From a virus (lineage: Duplodnaviria; Caudoviricetes), in the IMG/VR virus record IMGVR_UViG_3300006120_000003, positions 1-43,781 of that record: a DNA stretch of 43,781 nucleotides, one strand, 5' to 3'. This document shows, piece by piece, positions 37,880 to 43,781 of the stretch (within the stretch, counting starts at the first letter, position 1; each line of letters starts with the position of its first letter). A model generated the notes under the pieces. It was given only the letters and a program-made list of their open reading frames with translations, was not told the DNA's origin and searched no databases. The position numbers and the translations under genes were made by a program.

Positions 37880-38569
37880 CTACAGGTTGTTCAGCAGATC
37901 AGCCTCGTCCTTGCTCAGGAACTCGGTGATCTTATTATCGAGGAACTCGTAGCAATCAGCGAACTCCTCAAGCCGCTCGGTGTGAGTAGCATACAGAGCC
38001 AACTGTTCCTTCAAGTAACCAAGAACCTTCTTGTTGGTCTTGACCGGTTGCAGCTTCTTCAAGAACAAGGTAACAGCATTGCTGACGTTCTCGATAGCCT
38101 TGCCAGTAACTTCCGGCATGATAGCCAGATAGTCCTTGCCAAACTCTTCCCAGAGTTCCTTAGCAATACCACCACCACGACGTTCCGCAGGCGGTTGGTT
38201 AGCAAGGAAGCCAAGAGTAATCTTGCTGAAGTCCAGTTCCTCAGTGGAGTTAGCAGGCTTGACTTCATCATCAGTCTGAATACGAGCTGCCTTGTACAGT
38301 TCGACAGCAATAATATCCAGAACGAACTCACGAACTTTCTCATCTTCCTTCATACCCTTGAGCAAACCCTCAACGGTAGGAACAGGAAGTTGAATCTTGA
38401 AAGTCGGACGCTTAATAACAGGGTTGCCCAACTCATCAATAGGATTGCCCTTCTCATCCTTGCTAGTGCCCTTGGGCAGCTTAAAGGAAACGGTGAATTC
38501 CTGATTACGAGTAAGAGCAACAATGTTATCTTCGTTGTGCTGCGCATTAGCTTCGTTGGTATTAGACAT
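37880..38569 (-). CDS. Highly expressed hypothetical protein (229 aa), paralogue of 264..971
   Basis: GGAG RBS before MSNTNE; strongly biased codons; own promoter and terminator. Confidence 0.85.
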   Translation of the reverse strand: MSNTNEANAQHNEDNIVALTRNQEFTVSFKLPKGTSKDEKGNPIDELGNPVIKRPTFKIQLPVPTVEGLLKGMKEDEKVREFVLDIIAVELYKAARIQTDDEVKPANSTEELDFSKITLGFLANQPPAERRGGGIAKELWEEFGKDYLAIMPEVTGKAIENVSNAVTLFLKKLQPVKTNKKVLGYLKEQLALYATHTERLEEFADCYEFLDNKITEFLSKDEADLLNNL

Positions 38570-38637
38570 CTTACTTATCTCCAAGTTAGTTATCTGTCAC
38601 TGGTAACGGGAAGGATTCCCGCTTTCAATGTACAGGG

Positions 38638-38666
38638 ATGATACCCCATGACGGGTAGGAAGTCAA
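38638..38666 (-). promoter_or_regulatory. Sigma70-type promoter
   Basis: TTGACT, 17 bp, TATCAT on the minus strand. Confidence 0.75.
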
Positions 38667-38677
38667 CACATATTTTT

Positions 38678-38995
38678 TCATAGTTTCTCAGGAGCAGAAA
38701 CTATCTCGCTACTAAGTTGCCCAGCTTCTTGTAAGAACTTAATGAACTTAGCGATAGATTGGGCACTTACTCTGTATTGAGGAAACTGCTGGTGTATCTC
38801 TGCTCCTATTGCAGCTGCCCCAACTCCTGACAGATGTCTCTTCTTGATTAGGGACTTAAACTTATTCAAGATGTGCCAAGTTGGATTAGCATGTTTATAG
38901 ATGTTGTCATCTTCTAATGTAGCTTGTCCAAATGGTATCTTGGTAGCACCATGCTTAGCAAGGAAGTCCTCAGAAGTTTTGCAATCAGAACACAT
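38678..38995 (-). CDS. Hypothetical protein (105 aa), CxxC and possible winged HTH
   Basis: AAGGAGG RBS; AAAIGAEIHQQF..VSAQSIAKFIKFLQEAGQL. Confidence 0.7.
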   Translation of the reverse strand: MCSDCKTSEDFLAKHGATKIPFGQATLEDDNIYKHANPTWHILNKFKSLIKKRHLSGVGAAAIGAEIHQQFPQYRVSAQSIAKFIKFLQEAGQLSSEIVSAPEKL

Positions 38996-39015
38996 CGTGA
39001 TACCTCCTTAGGAAG

Positions 39016-39270
39016 CTAGCTCATTAAGCCAAGTAGTTCATACTTCTCACAAATCTTCTTAAGCCGATAGATTTGCTTAGGAGTGCACATGCCCATCTTG
39101 TCGTAGTAAGACCTGATGCTTTCTATGAAAGAAGCATCCTCTGGAGCCATTTCAGGATAGTGTTCTGCTGCTTCATCAAAGACAAGTGCCAGAGGATTCT
39201 CTGCTATCCACTCATCCATAAGTTCCTTAAGTTCCTTGTAGCTTTCACCTTCGTTCTTACCATAAGCCAT
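39016..39270 (-). CDS. Hypothetical protein (84 aa)
   Basis: AAGGAG RBS. Confidence 0.7.
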   Translation of the reverse strand: MAYGKNEGESYKELKELMDEWIAENPLALVFDEAAEHYPEMAPEDASFIESIRSYYDKMGMCTPKQIYRLKKICEKYELLGLMS

Positions 39271-39298
39271 TTTAAGTTCTCCTTTGTAAGCTGTTCAG

Positions 39299-41479
39299 TT
39301 ATTTCCGGGCCGCTTTTATAGCAGCAAGTTTAGCTTTAGCTGCGGCGATTAACTTATCACGATCCGCAGATAGAGTGTTAGCAGAAGCAGTAGCAGGGCC
39401 ACTATCAGTTGGCGTTGCAGTGACGTCATTCGTTGCTGCCTGTGATATTCCTGGAACTGATTGAGTTGTTTTGACTGAGACATTCTCCTTTATCTCCTCG
39501 GGTGAATAGGTTACTGAATGATTGCGGCCATCATTAGCCATTGGTGAAAATGTAGGCACGTAAGTTTTCCCTCCTTTAATAGCAGCTTCTTCATTAGAGA
39601 AGCCGAAACCTGTTTGCTTATCTAGCTTACCTTTGAACTCCTCAGCTTTCTCAGCTATGGTGTTACCTTTGATCTGTTGAGAACGAATTCCCTTAGCAAA
39701 GGTTTCAGGTTCGCAGATAATGTGCAGATGTTTCCGGGCTCTAGTAACTGCGGTATATAGCAGTTCACGCTGGTTCATAGTTGCATGAGAATGGTGCATA
39801 ACAAAGAACACTCGTTCCCATTCAGAACCTTGTGCTTTATGCACGGTAATAGCGTAGCCGCCTAGTAGTGCATTAACTTCTGACGCAGCTTCTAATGTTA
39901 TGAAGTCATCAGTAGCAGCTAATTGAAGTGTGATACAATGTGATGCAGCTTGAACTCTATCTTCCACATCCGCAGTAGATGCAGTTTCTAAGAACTTCTC
40001 AATTGCATCAAGATCCATTTCACCATCTGCTTCAGCTAGTTTAATCTCAGCTTCAGTGAGTTCCTTTTGCAGGTGACCCCATCTGTCTAGATTAACTGAC
40101 GCAGCTTGTGGCAGCTTACCAAGATAAGAGCCATTACGATGGATAGATGTTATGAACGCATCTTCCTTATCATAAAGAACTCTATCACCAACTGCTAGAT
40201 AGTGCATGTTAAAGCCTGCTATCACTTCATGGACTATTGCATTCCTGCGTAAGCCAAGATGATTAGCAATGCCTTTGTTAAGTTCCACAGTTCCAAGGCT
40301 TTTATTAAATGGACAGAGAATGATGTCATCATTAGGATTATAGTATCCTTGATCTGCCCAAGCATTGAACTGTTTGATTGTGGTATTAAGAGCGAACTCA
40401 GGTGAGAGTTTCTTCTGCCACGGCTGGAACTTTAATGAGCCAATGTCATTAGAGGTTTCCATCTTCATGAGTGAAGGAACTCTGATACGTTGTTTGCCTT
40501 CTGGTGTTTTGTAGTTCTCAGTCTTAGGATGGAAGTCATTAGCGTTACCGCCTAGTATCTTCCAAGCTAGTGAGATGATTGGTGAGCCAAGTGCTTGACG
40601 ATATACTTCTGTTAATTCAATAACAGGAAGTTGTATCATCTTGAAGCCTAAGATAGCTGCTCCGAAGATTGGCTTTAGTTGCTGAATATCACCAAGGAAA
40701 ACTTCTTGATGAGGATGCGGCATTGCATCTTGCAGCAAGCGATAAAGATCAACAGAGATCATACTAGACTCTTCAAAAAGAGTTAGTTCCAGTTCTGCTG
40801 GTAATGGATTAGCTGCTCCCCTAGTAGGTTCAAAGCGCATAGTCTTTTTGAAACCACCATTCTTTTCATCAGGAACTTCATAGAACATGGGAGCATATTC
40901 TAGTAGCTTGTGAATGGTGAGAGTATTAGCTTTGAGTTCATCTACTACTGCATGGCGGATATTGTTAACCGCTTTGCGAGTATAAGATAAGATGACTGCT
41001 CCAGGAGTACCGTGCTTCAGATGCTTGGTAGCAAATGAGAGTTTCGGTAATCTGTTAGTAGCTAGAAGCGTCTTAGTCGTTTGGCGGACACTGGTAGTTT
41101 TACCTGTGCCTGCTGCTCCAATAAGAACGGTATCTTTACCTGCTACTACTGAATCGTGAAATTCTTGTTGTCTGGCATTAAGGCTAATGTCATCTCTTGC
41201 AACACCAAGCTTACTGTGGTGAGTTGCTTCGGGTCCAGTAGTTGTCTGTTCTTTTGCAGGGAGAACAGTAGTTGACAAATCTCCAACAAGCTCAATAGCC
41301 ATTTCTCTTGATTCTGGATCACTTTTAGTAAAGAGGCTATCTGGTGTTCCTGCGACTGAGATGTCATTTGGTTGTTCCTTTTCTATCATTGCTTCCATTG
41401 CATCTACATTAGCTTGTTCATGTGCGGCTAGTGTAGTTCTTGCCTTTGCAAGTAGTGCTTTGAAATGTTCGGGTGTCAT
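39299..41479 (-). CDS. RecD/Dda-like SF1B helicase
   Basis: GAAGTGKTT, TIHKLL, EESSM, GDIQQLKP, LTEVYRQ, YAITVHKAQGSEW, LLYTAVTRA. Confidence 0.92.
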   Translation of the reverse strand: MTPEHFKALLAKARTTLAAHEQANVDAMEAMIEKEQPNDISVAGTPDSLFTKSDPESREMAIELVGDLSTTVLPAKEQTTTGPEATHHSKLGVARDDISLNARQQEFHDSVVAGKDTVLIGAAGTGKTTSVRQTTKTLLATNRLPKLSFATKHLKHGTPGAVILSYTRKAVNNIRHAVVDELKANTLTIHKLLEYAPMFYEVPDEKNGGFKKTMRFEPTRGAANPLPAELELTLFEESSMISVDLYRLLQDAMPHPHQEVFLGDIQQLKPIFGAAILGFKMIQLPVIELTEVYRQALGSPIISLAWKILGGNANDFHPKTENYKTPEGKQRIRVPSLMKMETSNDIGSLKFQPWQKKLSPEFALNTTIKQFNAWADQGYYNPNDDIILCPFNKSLGTVELNKGIANHLGLRRNAIVHEVIAGFNMHYLAVGDRVLYDKEDAFITSIHRNGSYLGKLPQAASVNLDRWGHLQKELTEAEIKLAEADGEMDLDAIEKFLETASTADVEDRVQAASHCITLQLAATDDFITLEAASEVNALLGGYAITVHKAQGSEWERVFFVMHHSHATMNQRELLYTAVTRARKHLHIICEPETFAKGIRSQQIKGNTIAEKAEEFKGKLDKQTGFGFSNEEAAIKGGKTYVPTFSPMANDGRNHSVTYSPEEIKENVSVKTTQSVPGISQAATNDVTATPTDSGPATASANTLSADRDKLIAAAKAKLAAIKAARK

Positions 41480-41847
41480 TTAAGGTGCTCCTTATCCTTA
41501 TAGTTTAAGAGGCGTATCTTATTGAAGTTATCTAGTGGAACTTCTCTGCCATCGGTTGTTTTAACTGCCATTATCAAGCAATAGCGACGATTGATAGTAG
41601 AGTTCTCACGAAACTGAATAAGATACCAACGATCTAGTTTCAGGAAGTCAGCTGGCCATAGAGTAACTTCATAAAATTTATCCTCATAAAGAAGTGCTGG
41701 AGGATATGTGAATTGAAGTTGTTCTCGGATGGTTTCGCCTCTAGCTATTCGCATGAAGCAAGTAGATAGACATTCTTTCTCGATGGTTGTTAGCTTAAAA
41801 ACGTGTCGAAGAATAGCATCTTCTCTCACATCAGGAACTTTAGGCAT
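41476..41847 (-). CDS. Hypothetical protein (123 aa)
   Basis: AGGAG RBS; overlaps both neighbours. Confidence 0.65.
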   Translation of the reverse strand: MPKVPDVREDAILRHVFKLTTIEKECLSTCFMRIARGETIREQLQFTYPPALLYEDKFYEVTLWPADFLKLDRWYLIQFRENSTINRRYCLIMAVKTTDGREVPLDNFNKIRLLNYKDKEHLK

Positions 41848-42955
41848 TTAAAATCTCCTGGATGATTTGGTTTTCATCATCAATAACTTCTGCAGCTACT
41901 TCTTCTTCGCTAGTTAATGAGAATGCCAATTGCTTATTGGCTTCCTCTTTAGCAGCGAGTTCCTCTTGGTTCTGTTTCTTCCAGAGGAAATAAGCAGCCT
42001 TTGCTTTCAGATAGCTAGGAAGATTAGGATAATCTTTCTGCTTTGGTTCCTGTCGGGGTGCGGATGAGATAGTAATTGCCTTGTTCTTAGTTTCGATTTC
42101 ATCTTCCACAAACTTGAAGGAATCTTTCTCAGCAGCTAAGAAGTCAATAGCTGTGCCATCTTCATTAGTGATTGCACCAATACCGAAAGCTATTCCTTTC
42201 TGGTTCTTCTCTGCTAAGAAACGCACTCTTGATAGAACTGCATAAGCGAACTTATGTTGTTCCAGTGCGTCTAAGTTATGCTCGAAGTGAGTTAGCATCC
42301 TGCGTAACTGGATAGTATCAGCAGTTAATACGTCGAAGCCTTCGAGAAGAAATAACTTAGTCCAGGTTTCTCTTAGCATCATTGGTACTGCTGCTGCTTC
42401 CATTGCCCACTTAGCAATAACTCGATAATCGCTTTTGCTCTTAGTGGCATGAGTAAGAACTTTCTCAACGGCATCTTGTTTAGCACGCAGTTTGCGAGCC
42501 TGATAGTTAGCTGCTGATCCTCTCTCGAACTCAGCTTTAGCTTCTTCCCAGCAATCTAGCCACACTTTCACATTAGTTAGATCAGAGTTCTCTTTAGTGA
42601 TTTTGAAGTATGGAACTTGCAATTGTGGGTTTCTTACATCTGTATACCAAGCAACCCACTTAAAGAGTCGTTCCATATAGTTCTGTACTATTCCATCTGC
42701 TGGTAATGCAGGATGCTTGAAGTGAATTAGATATTCACCTTTGCTATCTTTCATTGATGCTAGTAGTGCGACAAATAGCAGCTTACGTTCTGTGACATCT
42801 AAATTACCTGCTGCCCACTGAGGAAGTTGATGTAAGAGAATTTCATTAGGAAGATCGAAGATAGGATGCACTCCTATTAAAGAGTGTCTCTTACCAAAGT
42901 TCCCAAATTCTCTTACTTCAAATACTACGCCAGAGTATTTGCAATTGATCTTCAT
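41840..42955 (-). CDS. Hypothetical early protein (371 aa)
   Basis: AAGGA RBS; N-terminal CKYSG..HPIF; no recognised family. Confidence 0.8.
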   Translation of the reverse strand: MKINCKYSGVVFEVREFGNFGKRHSLIGVHPIFDLPNEILLHQLPQWAAGNLDVTERKLLFVALLASMKDSKGEYLIHFKHPALPADGIVQNYMERLFKWVAWYTDVRNPQLQVPYFKITKENSDLTNVKVWLDCWEEAKAEFERGSAANYQARKLRAKQDAVEKVLTHATKSKSDYRVIAKWAMEAAAVPMMLRETWTKLFLLEGFDVLTADTIQLRRMLTHFEHNLDALEQHKFAYAVLSRVRFLAEKNQKGIAFGIGAITNEDGTAIDFLAAEKDSFKFVEDEIETKNKAITISSAPRQEPKQKDYPNLPSYLKAKAAYFLWKKQNQEELAAKEEANKQLAFSLTSEEEVAAEVIDDENQIIQEILNA

Positions 42956-42988
42956 GGTTCTAGTTCCTTTATTGGGAGTTCTAAGGTT

Positions 42989-43147
42989 CTACAGACTGCT
43001 AGTTGCTAACAGCCTTTCCACATAGTCATGTGCTTCTACATAAACAGTGAAGATACGCAGAAGTTCTTTTTCACAAGTAACTTCATAGATGCAGTCAATG
43101 GAATTCCAATTGATAGCATACTTTCCGATCTGATAGATGATAGGCAT
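42989..43147 (-). CDS. Small early protein (52 aa), absent from ORF track
   Basis: AAGGAACT RBS; MPIIYQIGKYAINWNS..; first ORF after the leftward promoter. Confidence 0.55.
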   Translation of the reverse strand: MPIIYQIGKYAINWNSIDCIYEVTCEKELLRIFTVYVEAHDYVERLLATSSL

Positions 43148-43237
43148 TTAAGAGTTCCTTTTCATTCAAGAGACTATCTCTAAAAAGAGACTTTCTTTAG
43201 CTGCTAGTAGCTAGATAATTCTCCAGCAACTTCAAGA

Positions 43238-43266
43238 ATTTTACTCAATAGATTTTCAAATGTCAA
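43238..43266 (-). promoter_or_regulatory. Strong sigma70-type leftward early promoter
   Basis: TTGACA, 17 bp, TAAAAT on the minus strand. Confidence 0.85.
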
Positions 43267-43329
43267 GTGAAATCGTTACGAAAGTTTCTTATAAGAGATA
43301 AAGAAAGGTTACTAACTTCCTGTAGCCAC

Positions 43330-43662
43330 GATCCCTCTTGTATTCACTTTATTCACTAAAATCATGAAATTCATCTTTTCACGTATTCAGTGAGGCTAAA
43401 CGGCCCCTTTTTCGACCCGACTACTTTTTTTACCCAACTACTCTTGTTTCTTCTTGTTAGTAAGGTAGCTTATCCACGGTATATTTAACCCTATCTTTAA
43501 TTTTAAAAAATAAGAGATATATAAATAGTTAGTAATAGGTATGAAACTGAAGTAGTTAGGTAACAGAAAAAGAAGGGGCCGAAAAGGGCACTATTTTCCC
43601 CTCTGAATACGTGATTTCGTGAAATTCGTGATTATATTGAACAGATGAACACTAGAGGGATC
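43330..43662. repeat. Long imperfect palindrome with mirror-image repeat arrays (candidate origin or terminus)
   Basis: gatccctct..tcacgtattcag pairs with ctgaatacgtga..agagggatc; inner arms also pair; AT-rich centre near 43504. Confidence 0.85.
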
Positions 43663-43756
43663 ATGCTTGTCTCTGCTTGATAAAGACCAGGCTAACAGTC
43701 GGAAATTAAGAAAGGTTAACAGTCTAGTTACTAGTCGATTAATAGATAGTTCCTTT

Positions 43757-43781
43757 TCTTTGAGGAACTTTCTCGTCTTTG
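43757..43781. repeat. Terminal direct repeat, right copy
   Basis: Identical to 1-25. Confidence 0.95.

Noticed and set aside
37982-38641. 219-aa + strand ORF, and similar antisense ORFs at 32195..32713, 5958..6593 and 23084..23698
   Set aside because: Antisense shadows of well-supported genes
264-43147. Stop-codon reassignment
   Set aside because: Genes are full length and densely packed in the standard code, with TAA, TAG and TGA all used as coupled stops
43330-43662. Palindrome as a protelomerase site, MITE or assembly artefact
   Set aside because: No protelomerase or transposase gene; arms are too divergent for an artefact and the centre is not a perfect palindrome

Overview
The window is an apparently complete, circularly assembled genome (25-bp end overlap, about 43,756 bp unique) of a podovirus-type dsDNA phage of a Gram-negative host. 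The + strand arm (1.4-27.8 kb) carries a signal-peptide protein, terminase subunits, portal, scaffold, capsid, tail and fibre genes, a holin/lipoprotein cassette and three internal virion proteins. The - strand arm (27.8-43.2 kb) carries an XRE HTH protein, DUF3987-type helicase, family A DNA polymerase (His at position 762), SSB-like protein, dATP/dGTP diphosphohydrolase-domain protein, Sak4-like ATPase, Cas4/AddB-like nuclease, GH108 lysozyme, RecD-like helicase and unknown ORFs. I recognise no integrase, RNA polymerase, primase, tRNA or CRISPR array. The most interesting unexplained signals are: (i) a 333-bp imperfect palindrome with 6+6 mirror-image TGA repeats around an AT-rich core between the divergent early promoters; (ii) two distant ~230-aa paralogues, each a stand-alone promoter-gene-terminator unit, one behind a five-hairpin leader; (iii) a shared AAKA(K/R)LAA(I/M)K terminal motif on two unrelated ATPases; (iv) a split, non-canonical lysis system. 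All family assignments come from recognising motifs by eye, not from database searches.
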